A stretch of DNA of 64,000 bases. Source: Acidimicrobiaceae bacterium. GTDB taxonomy: Bacteria > Actinomycetota > Acidimicrobiia > Acidimicrobiales > RAAP-2. Each line of letters starts with the position of its first letter. Within the stretch, counting starts at the first letter, position 1. The stretch lies in contig DAHVAJ010000109.1 of NCBI GenBank assembly GCA_027314705.1, positions 45,562 through 109,561 on the forward strand. The letters are read 5' to 3'. Position numbers and translations under genes: made by a program. Below are positions 36,254 to 43,346 of this stretch, piece after piece. The notes below the pieces were generated by a model that was not told the DNA's origin, ran no database searches, and saw only the letters and a list, made by a program, of their open reading frames with translations.

Positions 36254-36283
36254 AATATGGCACGGCCGTGCCAGGAGGTGCAA
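36254..36283 (-). promoter_or_regulatory. Candidate leaderless promoter of the TetR gene: TTGCAC -18 nt- CATATT -6 nt- ATG
   Basis: The reverse strand reads acagTTGCACctcctggcacggccgtgcCATATTtccgacATG. Hexamer spacing is 18 nt and the start codon lies 6 nt after the -10. Confidence 0.55.
36258..36273. promoter_or_regulatory. Perfect 16-bp palindrome TGGCACGGCCGTGCCA (candidate TetR operator)
   Basis: Exact self-complement. It lies in the -35/-10 spacer and overlaps the first 2 nt of the -10 of the TetR promoter candidate. Confidence 0.6.
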
Positions 36284-36292
36284 CTGTCATGG

Positions 36293-36333
36293 GCGTGCGG
36301 GGGCGTCCGGGGCGTCCGGAGCGTGCGGGGGCG
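36293..36333 (+). repeat. G-rich direct repeats upstream of the TetR promoter (GCGTGCGGGGGCG x2 flanking GGCGTCCGG x2)
   Basis: GCGTGCGGGGGCG occurs at 36293-36305 and 36321-36333. GGCGTCCGG occurs at 36302-36310 and 36311-36319. Confidence 0.85.
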
Positions 36334-36547
36334 GTCGACGGGCGTCGCGACGTCCGCCCGGTCGAGGCCGGAGTCCGGGCGGGGGGCCTCCCGCCGCCCG
36401 GGCGAAGGTGGGCCGTGCACCGTTGGGGTTGCGGCTCCGACCCGGGGCGACGGAGGGAGCCTGCCGTGGAGGAGCGACGGGCGGGTGGCGGCGTCGACCC
36501 GTACCGGTGGCGCCGGGTGAAGCTGCGGCCCCGGCGCCACTCGGGGA

Positions 36548-37357
36548 TCAGCGGTTGCGCCACACCGGCGGGCGCTTCTCGGCGAAGGCACGGGGCCCCT
36601 CGACGGCGTCCTGGCTGGAGAAGACCTCCGCGGCGATGGCCGACTCGATGCGGTAGGCCTCCTTCATGTCGACGGCCAGGCCCCGCACCACCGACTCCTT
36701 GGTCTTGCGCACGGCCAAGGGCCCGTTGGCCGTGATGCGGTGGGCGTAGTCGAGGGCCCGGTCGAGGAGGTCCCCGGGGGCGCAGACCTCGTTCACCAGC
36801 CCCATGGCCAGCACCCGCCGGGCCGAGAGCCGGTCGGCGCAGAGCAGGAGCTCCATGGCCGCTGGATAGGGGATCTGCCGGGGGAGCCGGACGGTGGTCC
36901 CGCCCCCGGCGAAGAGGCCCCGTTTGGGCTCCATCACCGCGAAGGTGGCGGTGTCGGCCGCCACCCGCAGGTCGCACCCACCGAGCAGCTCCATCCCGCC
37001 GGCCACGCAGGTGCCGTTGACGGCGGCGATCACCGGCTTGTAGAGGCGGGTGTCGCGGAGGACGGCCTTCACGCCGTCGTCGAGCCGGTAGCCGTCGACC
37101 TCGGTCAGGCCCTCCTCGGTCAGGCGGGCCTGCAGGCTGGTGATCTGGGGGATGTACGTCTTGAGGTCGGCCCCGACGCAGAAGTCGGCCCCGACGCCGG
37201 TGACCACGGCGACCCAGGCGTCGTCGTCGCCGCCGAAGCGGTCCCAGGCCCGGCGGAGCTGGGCGAAGTGGTCCATGTCCAGGGAGTTGCGGGCCTCGGG
37301 GCGGTCGATGGTGATGCGGACGACGTGATCGTCGCCCGGCTGGTAGTGGACGGGCAT
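36548..37357 (-). CDS. Enoyl-CoA hydratase (crotonase family)
   Basis: 269 aa. Motifs: VVRITIDRPEARNSLD, VTGVGADFCVGADL, AAVNGTCVAGGMELL, EGPRAFAEKRPP. Confidence 0.92.
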   Translation of the reverse strand: MPVHYQPGDDHVVRITIDRPEARNSLDMDHFAQLRRAWDRFGGDDDAWVAVVTGVGADFCVGADLKTYIPQITSLQARLTEEGLTEVDGYRLDDGVKAVLRDTRLYKPVIAAVNGTCVAGGMELLGGCDLRVAADTATFAVMEPKRGLFAGGGTTVRLPRQIPYPAAMELLLCADRLSARRVLAMGLVNEVCAPGDLLDRALDYAHRITANGPLAVRKTKESVVRGLAVDMKEAYRIESAIAAEVFSSQDAVEGPRAFAEKRPPVWRNR

Positions 37358-37433
37358 GGTCCTCCTCGTGTCGGCTGGCGGTGCGGTCCGGTGGGGACGG
37401 GGTCGGGCCGGTCCCCGGCGCCGGGGCGGCGGC

Positions 37434-38870
37434 TCACCGCCGGGCGGTCGTCACCCCCCGGGGCCCGGCGGTGAGGGTGACGGCCGTGCCCACCAGGTCG
37501 TCGCCGCCGGCCGGCGGCTCCTCCATCCGGGCGTAGGCCCGCGTCCCGTCGGGGAGGTCGCAGATGAGCGCCGTCCACTCCGGGCCGTCGCGGTGGTGGA
37601 CGGTCGAGAAGGTGGTCACGGTGGCCGGGCCCTCGGCCCCGGCGGTGACGGGAACCGCCGGCGGGTCCTCGACCGGCCCGGCCGGCGGGTCCTCGACCGG
37701 ACCGGCCCGCCCGGGCGTCGTCGACCAGAGGGTGGCGGCGTGGTGGGTCATGTGCATCCCGACCCCGGTGACGAGGCCCAGGGAGCCCGGGTCGTCGCGG
37801 AGGACCTCGACCATGGCGGCCAGGGCGTGGGTGGTGTAGTTGCTCCCGGGCCCCCCGTGGTAGGGGAGGCCCCCGGTGACCGTGAGGGGCCGGTCGTCGG
37901 TGATCCCGAGGGCGTCCCGGGCGAAGGCCAGGGAACTGGCGAAGCACGAATAGAGGTCCAGGTGGGCCACGCCGTCGGCCCCCCCCGTGCCCAGGGCGCC
38001 CCCGACGGCGGCGGCCAGGGCCGGCGAGCGCCACAGGTCGGGCCGGGCGGCCAGGGCCGGGGGCTCCTCGCCGGCCCCGGCGCCCCGAAGGTAGACCCGA
38101 CGGTCGGCCGGGACGCCGAGGCGGTCGGCCGCTTCCTCGGTGGCCAGCAGGACGGCGGCGGCCATGTCGACGTCCATGACGGCGGTCATCAGCTTGGTGT
38201 AGGGGGTGGACACCATCCGGTTGGCCGGGGTGGGGGTGGTGAGCTCGCCGGCCCGGCGCTCGCGAGGGAACCAGGCGTGCTCCGGTTGGGCCGCGGCCAC
38301 CGAGGTCAGGGGGGCGAGCAGGGCCCCGAGCTCGTCCCGGTGCTCGGCGACGGTCCGGTCGAGATGGGCGCGGCGGGCCGTGTCGAGCAGGGCGAAGGTC
38401 AGGTAGGCCTGGTAGATCCCGTGGGCGGCCTCGGTGCGGTCGAGCGTGAGGGGGAAGGGTCGGGGCGTCGGTGGCGCGAAGGACCAGGGCGGCTCGGGGA
38501 GGTGCCGGCGCGTGGCCAGGGCCTCGCCGCCGACCACCAGGGCGAGGTCGAGCCGGCCGGCGGCCATGGCCGCCGCCGCCGCCACCACCAGCCGGAGCGG
38601 CACCGACCCCCCGATGCCCGAGTAGGCGTGCTGCCCGGGTGCGGCGCCCAGCCGGGCGGCGAGGCGGCCGCTCGGGTCGTCGTACTCCCAGGACTGGCAG
38701 TAGACGACGTCGAGCCGCTGGAGGCCGCCGAGGGCGTCGGGAGCGCCGGCATCGGCGGCCGCGGCCCGGGCCACCTGCTCCCACTGGTCGATCGGCTCGG
38801 GGGACGAGGCGTCGCGCCAGGTGCGGCGGGCCACCCCCACCAGGCACGGCGTGCGCGGGTCGACGGCCAC
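37434..38870 (-). CDS. Thiolase-fold protein (acetyl-CoA acetyltransferase-like, ~480 aa class) lacking an obvious nucleophilic Cys
   Basis: 478 aa with GTG start 1 nt after the upstream ACAD stop. Thiolase-like blocks: LDLALVVGGEA, MDVDMAAAVLLATEEAADRLG, LDLYSCFASS, VTGGLPYHGGPGSNYTTHAL. No C-x-S type acyl-Cys motif seen. Contains an in-frame 24-bp duplication. Confidence 0.8.
   Translation of the reverse strand: MAVDPRTPCLVGVARRTWRDASSPEPIDQWEQVARAAAADAGAPDALGGLQRLDVVYCQSWEYDDPSGRLAARLGAAPGQHAYSGIGGSVPLRLVVAAAAAMAAGRLDLALVVGGEALATRRHLPEPPWSFAPPTPRPFPLTLDRTEAAHGIYQAYLTFALLDTARRAHLDRTVAEHRDELGALLAPLTSVAAAQPEHAWFPRERRAGELTTPTPANRMVSTPYTKLMTAVMDVDMAAAVLLATEEAADRLGVPADRRVYLRGAGAGEEPPALAARPDLWRSPALAAAVGGALGTGGADGVAHLDLYSCFASSLAFARDALGITDDRPLTVTGGLPYHGGPGSNYTTHALAAMVEVLRDDPGSLGLVTGVGMHMTHHAATLWSTTPGRAGPVEDPPAGPVEDPPAVPVTAGAEGPATVTTFSTVHHRDGPEWTALICDLPDGTRAYARMEEPPAGGDDLVGTAVTLTAGPRGVTTARR
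37657..37704 (-). repeat. 24-bp tandem duplication (1 mismatch), in frame inside the thiolase-fold gene
   Basis: gccggcgggtcctcgaccggcccg / gccggcgggtcctcgaccggaccg. This encodes the repeated peptide GPVEDPPA-GPVEDPPA. Confidence 0.95.
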
Positions 38871-38871
38871 G

Positions 38872-40083
38872 TCAGGACAGGCGGGCCTGTCCGGGAAGCC
38901 GGATCGCCCGGTCGGCGATGATGTTCTTCTGGACCTCGCTCGAGCCGCCGCCGATCGAGCTGTAGCGCTGGAACGCGTAGAGCCGGGTCCACTTGCCCCG
39001 GTCGACGGCGTCGGGGCCGCCCCGGGCCAGGAGCCCGGCCGGCCCGAGCAGGTCCACCGCCAGGGCGGCCAGGGTCTGGGCCAGGGTGGCCCACTGGAGT
39101 TTGGCGAAGGGCACCTCGGGCCAGTTCTTCTCGCCCTTCATGATCTTGCTCAGGGCCCGCACCGTGAGCAGCCGGGTGAGCTCGATCTCGGTCCAGGCCC
39201 GGGCCAACCGCTCCCGGAGGGCCGGGTCCGAGAGGGCGTCGGGGTTGACCGAGCGGGCCGTCATCACCAGGGCCCGCAGGTCGGCGGCGAGCAGCGAGAC
39301 CTGGCCGGCGATGCCCACCCGCTCGTGGCCGAGGGTGCCCATGGCCACCATCCAGCCCTCGCCCTCGCCCCCGAGGCGGCTGTCGACGGGGACGGAGACG
39401 TCGTCGAAGAAGACGTCGTTGAACATCTCCTCGCCGGCCATGTCGCGGAGGGGACGGGTCTCGATGCCCGGGGTCTCCATGTCGAGGATGAAGGCGGTGA
39501 TCCCCTCGTGTTTGGCCCCGCGCCCGATGGCCGTCGGATCGGTGCGGAGGAGGAACAGCCCCCACCGGGCCAGGTGCGCCGTCGAGATCCAGGTCTTCTG
39601 GCCGTTGACCACGTAGCGGTCACCGTCGCGGACGGCCGTGGTGCGCAGGTTGGCCAGGTCGTTGCCGGCATCGGGTTCCGAGAACCCCTGGCACCAGTGG
39701 TCGGTGGCGTCCAGGATCGACGGGAGCCACCGGGCCTTCTGCTCCTCGGTTCCCCAGGCGATGATCATGGGTCCGATCTGCCAGAGGCCGTTGGGGTTGA
39801 AGAGCCCCGGCGTGCGGTACTCGGCCATGATCTCGGAGTAGAGGATGCGCTGCATGGCCGTGGCCGACCGGCCCCCGTACTCCTCGGGCCAGTGCACGGC
39901 CGCCCACCGGCCGGTGTGGAGCAGCCGTTGCCAGGCGGCCCGCCGCCGCTGTGACTTCTCACCGGACAGCCCGGCGTCGTCGGCCAGTTCCTCGCTGGCC
40001 AGGAAGGGTGGGAGGTGCTCGTCGAGCCAACTCCGCAGTTCGTCCCGGAAGGCCTCGTCTTCGGCGGCCAGGGCGAAGTCCAC
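38872..40083 (-). CDS. Acyl-CoA dehydrogenase, alpha-type (FAD-binding, catalytic)
   Basis: C-terminal 403 aa of the 1016-aa track ORF. GTG 40081-40083 (VDFALAAEDEAF). Motifs: WCQGFSEPDAGNDLANL, GQKTWISTAH, IGGGSSEVQKNIIADRAIRLP. No SD is present, but TAGCCT lies 7 nt upstream. Confidence 0.88.
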   Translation of the reverse strand: MDFALAAEDEAFRDELRSWLDEHLPPFLASEELADDAGLSGEKSQRRRAAWQRLLHTGRWAAVHWPEEYGGRSATAMQRILYSEIMAEYRTPGLFNPNGLWQIGPMIIAWGTEEQKARWLPSILDATDHWCQGFSEPDAGNDLANLRTTAVRDGDRYVVNGQKTWISTAHLARWGLFLLRTDPTAIGRGAKHEGITAFILDMETPGIETRPLRDMAGEEMFNDVFFDDVSVPVDSRLGGEGEGWMVAMGTLGHERVGIAGQVSLLAADLRALVMTARSVNPDALSDPALRERLARAWTEIELTRLLTVRALSKIMKGEKNWPEVPFAKLQWATLAQTLAALAVDLLGPAGLLARGGPDAVDRGKWTRLYAFQRYSSIGGGSSEVQKNIIADRAIRLPGQARLS

Positions 40084-40090
40084 GGGTGGG

Positions 40091-40096
40091 AGGCTA
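40091..40096 (-). promoter_or_regulatory. -10-like TAGCCT placed 7 nt upstream of GTG 40083 (leaderless layout)
   Basis: The reverse strand reads gggcTAGCCTcccacccGTG. No SD is present. Confidence 0.4.
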
Positions 40097-40167
40097 GCCC
40101 TCCGCCGTCTACAGTGTCGCCGACCGGGGCCCTCGCAGCGGCGGGCGTCGGGGCACGGAGGTGCGCA

Positions 40168-41244
40168 GTGGACTTCACGTTCGACGCCGAGCAGGTGGCC
40201 CTCCAGGACGTGGCGCGGCGGGCCATGGACGAGGTCGACGGGGCCACGCTCCGCCGCCTGGCCGACGGGCCCGACGGCGTCACCCCGGAGCTGTGGGCGC
40301 AGCTGGTGGCCCTGGGCTGGCCCGGGCTGCTCGCCCCCGCCAGCGGGGCCGGACTGCTCGAGACGTGCATCGTCCTGGAGCAGACGGCCCGGGTGCCCCT
40401 GCCCGGTCCGCTCTTCTCGTCGGCCGTGCTGGCCATGTCGGCCGTGCGCGCCCTCGGGGCGGCCGACCTCGTCGAGGAGCTGGCCTCCGGACGCCGGCGG
40501 GGGACCGTGGCCCTCCACGAGCAGGGGCACGGGCTGCCGCTGGCCACGGTGCGGTCCCGGGCCCGGCGCCGCGGCACCGGGTGGGTCGTCTCCGGGACGA
40601 AGCCGGTGGTGCTCGACGGGCACACCGCGGACTGGGCCGTGGTGGTGGCCCTGTCCGAGGAGGGGGTGCGCTCCTACCTGCTCCCGGCGCCCAACGCCGA
40701 GCCCGTCCCGTCCCTCGACCCGACCCGGAAGCTGGCCCGCCTGGTGCTCGACGAGGAGCCGGTCGAGCCGCTGGGGCCTCCCGGCGACCAGACCGACCTG
40801 TGGCGGCGGGTCCTCGACGACGTCGCCGTCGGGCTGGCCGCCGAGCTGGTGGGGGTGGCCGACCGCGCCCTCCACGAGGCCATCGGGTACACGACGGCCC
40901 GGGTGGCCTTCGACCGTCCGATCGCCTCCTTCCAGGTCGTGAAGCACCGCCTGGTCGACATGTTCAGCGCCCTCGAGATGGCCCGGGCCGGGGTGCACTT
41001 CGCGGCGTGGGCCTCCGACACCGGGGCGCCGGAGCGCGAGCGGGCCACGGCCATGGCCGCCGCGTACGCCGCCGAGGCGGCGGTGCGGGCCACCGGGGAC
41101 TCCATCCAGCTCCACGGCGGGGTGGGCTTCACCTGGGGGAACGACGCCCACTTCCTGTTCAAGCGGGCCAAGCAGAACGAGGTCCTCCTCGGCGGCGCCG
41201 CCGCCCACTACGACCGCATCGCCGGGCTGCTGGTCGGTTCCTGA
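40168..41244 (+). CDS. Acyl-CoA dehydrogenase-fold protein, beta-type
   Basis: 358 aa from GTG 40168 (VDFTFDAEQVAL), with GGAG 8 nt upstream. Motifs: FDRPIASFQVVKHRLVDM, LHGGVGFTWGNDAHFLFKRAK. Colinear with the N-halves of the fused ACADs. Confidence 0.85.
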   Translation: MDFTFDAEQVALQDVARRAMDEVDGATLRRLADGPDGVTPELWAQLVALGWPGLLAPASGAGLLETCIVLEQTARVPLPGPLFSSAVLAMSAVRALGAADLVEELASGRRRGTVALHEQGHGLPLATVRSRARRRGTGWVVSGTKPVVLDGHTADWAVVVALSEEGVRSYLLPAPNAEPVPSLDPTRKLARLVLDEEPVEPLGPPGDQTDLWRRVLDDVAVGLAAELVGVADRALHEAIGYTTARVAFDRPIASFQVVKHRLVDMFSALEMARAGVHFAAWASDTGAPERERATAMAAAYAAEAAVRATGDSIQLHGGVGFTWGNDAHFLFKRAKQNEVLLGGAAAHYDRIAGLLVGS

Positions 41245-41275
41245 TCCGGGGACCCGCACGCCGGGCGCCCGGTGA

Positions 41276-41914
41276 TCAGCGGGCCTGGTGCCGGGTGAGG
41301 AGGGCGGCGGCCTCGCGGGTCCGGTCCCGGAAGACGGTGTCCGGGGTGACCCCGTCCCCGTCCCCGAGCACCCCGGCCACGTGCTCGAGGAAGATGCCGA
41401 CCAGGAGGCTGCGCAGGAGGCGGGCCAGGGCCGGGGCGTCCTCGGGGGCGCACGGCGGAGGGTCGAGGGCGACCAGCCACCCCTCCAGGGCGGACTGGGT
41501 GGCCCGGAAGAGCTCGCCGCCGACGGCCCGGGCCGTCTCGTCGCCCCGCAGGGCCTCCCCGAGCATGAGGCGGACGAACTCCTCCACCTCGAGCATCGAG
41601 GCCAGGACGTCGTCGAGGAGGCCGATGACGTCGTCGGCGGGGGCCGGAGACGGTGGTGCCGCGCCGTCGGACCCCAGCGCGGCCGCGAACCCGCGCTCTT
41701 CGAGGACGGCCACGAGGAGGTCGCGCTTGGACGGGAAGTAGTGGTACAGCGTGGCCACGTTGAGCCCGGTGGCCGTGGCCAGGGTGCGCATGCTGGTGCC
41801 GTCCACCCCGTGCTGGGCCATGAGGGAGAGGGCGGTGGCCAGGATCCGCTGGCGCTGTCCCGTCCCCACCGGGACCCCGCGGGCGCGGTCCGGCTGCGGA
41901 TCGGGGTCGGGCAC
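41276..41914 (-). CDS. TetR family transcriptional regulator
   Basis: HTH region RILATALSLMAQHGVDGTSMRTLATATGLNVATLYHYFPSKRDLLVAV. Start is uncertain: GTG 41912-41914 was chosen and GTG 41951-41953 is an alternative. Confidence 0.8.
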   Translation of the reverse strand: MPDPDPQPDRARGVPVGTGQRQRILATALSLMAQHGVDGTSMRTLATATGLNVATLYHYFPSKRDLLVAVLEERGFAAALGSDGAAPPSPAPADDVIGLLDDVLASMLEVEEFVRLMLGEALRGDETARAVGGELFRATQSALEGWLVALDPPPCAPEDAPALARLLRSLLVGIFLEHVAGVLGDGDGVTPDTVFRDRTREAAALLTRHQAR

Positions 41915-41964
41915 GCCCCCATTGTGCTCGCTCGGCGGCGCCGGCGCCGTCACCGGGATGCGCC

Positions 41965-41978
41965 CAAACGAACGTTTG
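41965..41978. promoter_or_regulatory. Palindrome CAAACG-AA-CGTTTG (candidate TetR operator in the TetR/P450 divergent region)
   Basis: 6-bp perfect arms around a 2-nt centre, in a locally AT-richer island. It lies immediately upstream of a TACGGT (TANNNT) hexamer at 41982-41987, about 45 nt before the P450 ATG. Confidence 0.5.
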
Positions 41979-42031
41979 CTGTACGGTGGCCGGCAGCGGG
42001 CCGGCGAGGGCCCGAGGGGAGGCGAGGGAGC

Positions 42032-43282
42032 ATGACCCACACCGAGCACGGGGGAGGGGCGGCACCGGCCGGCCGCTTCGACCCCTTCGAGCTGGCCGAC
42101 ACGGTCTCGGGCGACGTCCGCGATCCCTTCCCGAGGATGGCCGAGCTCCGACGGCAGGCCCCGGTCCACCGGGGACCGATCGACCTGGGCGCCGGCGCCG
42201 ACCCGCCGGACCCGAACCGGCCGACGCCGGTGACCGTGTTCGGGTTCGACGAGGCGGTCCAGGTCCTGCGGGACAACGAGACGTACTCGTCGACGGTGTA
42301 CGAGGGGATCGTCGGCGCGGTGATGGGCCGCACCATCCTGCAGATGGACGAGCCCGACCACCGCATCCACCGGGCCCTGGTGGCCCCGACCTTCCGGTCC
42401 CGGGTGCTCGAGCGGTGGGAGGGCGACCTGGTGGCGGTGGTGGTGGGCGAGCTGGTCGACCGGTTCGCCGGTCGCGGCTCGGCCGACCTGGTCCGGGAGC
42501 TCACCTTCGACTTCCCGGTCCAGGTCATCGCCCGGATCCTCGGGTTGCCCCGCGCCGACTTCCCGGCCTTCCAGCGGTGGGCCGTCGAGATCACCTCGGT
42601 GACCGCCAACTGGGACCGCGGCGTGGCCGCGTCGGCGGCGTTGCGGGACTACTTCGCCGCGGTGCTCGAGGAACGGCGCCGGCACCCGGCCGACGACCTC
42701 ATCAGCGACCTCCTGGTGGCCGAGGTCGACGGCCGCCGCCTCGACGAGGAGGAGATCCACTCCTTCCTCCGGCTCCTGCTGCCGGCCGGGGTGGAGACGA
42801 CCTACCGGGCCTCGGGCAGCCTGCTGTTCGGCCTGCTCACCAACCCCGACCAGCTGGCGGCGGTGCGCGACGACCGGTCGCTACTGCCCGCCGCCTTCGA
42901 GGAGGCCGTCCGGTGGGAGCCGCCGGTGACCGTCATCCTGCGGCGGGCCACCCGGGACGCCGTGCTCGGCGGCGTGTTCGTCGAGGAGGGGGCCGACGTC
43001 GGCCTCCTGCTCGGCTCGGCCAACCGGGACGAGCGCAAGTACGACGACCCCGACCGGTTCGACCTCTTCCGACCGTCGCGCCAGAGCGTCGGCTTCGGCT
43101 TCGGCGTCCACGTCTGCCTCGGCATGCACCTGGCCCGGATGGAGACGCGCGTGGCCGTGAACACGCTCCTCGACCGCCTCGGCGACCTCCGCCTCGACCC
43201 GGAGGCCGCCGAGGACGTGCACATCCGGGGCCTGGCCTTCCGCTCGCCGACCGCCCTTCCGGTCGTCTTCACCCCGCACTGA
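42032..43282 (+). CDS. Cytochrome P450
   Basis: 416 aa from ATG 42032, with GAGGGAG upstream. Motifs: FGFGVHVCLGMHLA, EEAVRWEPP, LLLPAGVETT. Confidence 0.92.
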   Translation: MTHTEHGGGAAPAGRFDPFELADTVSGDVRDPFPRMAELRRQAPVHRGPIDLGAGADPPDPNRPTPVTVFGFDEAVQVLRDNETYSSTVYEGIVGAVMGRTILQMDEPDHRIHRALVAPTFRSRVLERWEGDLVAVVVGELVDRFAGRGSADLVRELTFDFPVQVIARILGLPRADFPAFQRWAVEITSVTANWDRGVAASAALRDYFAAVLEERRRHPADDLISDLLVAEVDGRRLDEEEIHSFLRLLLPAGVETTYRASGSLLFGLLTNPDQLAAVRDDRSLLPAAFEEAVRWEPPVTVILRRATRDAVLGGVFVEEGADVGLLLGSANRDERKYDDPDRFDLFRPSRQSVGFGFGVHVCLGMHLARMETRVAVNTLLDRLGDLRLDPEAAEDVHIRGLAFRSPTALPVVFTPH

Positions 43283-43334
43283 CGTCCGCACCCGCACCCG
43301 CACCGACGCCCGTCCGGCCCGACCACGGCCTGGC

Positions 43335-43340
43335 TAGGGT
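43335..43340 (+). promoter_or_regulatory. -10-like TAGGGT placed 6 nt upstream of ATG 43347 (leaderless layout)
   Basis: ggcTAGGGTgagccgATG. There is no SD between the hexamer and the start. Confidence 0.45.
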
Positions 43341-43346
43341 GAGCCG

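Noticed and set aside
36258-36273. Possibility that the two palindromes (also 41965-41978) are KstR/KstR2 operators, making this a bona fide cholesterol regulon
   Set aside because: Neither sequence fits the KstR (TnnAACnnGTTnnA) or KstR2 (AnCAAGnnCTTGnT) consensus as I recall them. The steroid link therefore stays an inference from gene content only.
38872-41922. 1016-aa minus-strand ORF reported as a single protein
   Set aside because: Only the last 403 aa (38872..40083) are a real ACAD. The upstream two thirds read through the antisense of the beta-type ACAD gene and an off-frame of the TetR gene, and are compositionally abnormal.
41958-42035. 25-codon uORF (MRPNERLLYGGRQRAGEGPRGGEGA) whose TGA overlaps the P450 ATG
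   Set aside because: No SD precedes its ATG, and it spans the operator palindrome and the -10-like box. It would therefore mostly lie upstream of the likely transcription start. It is probably a chance open frame.
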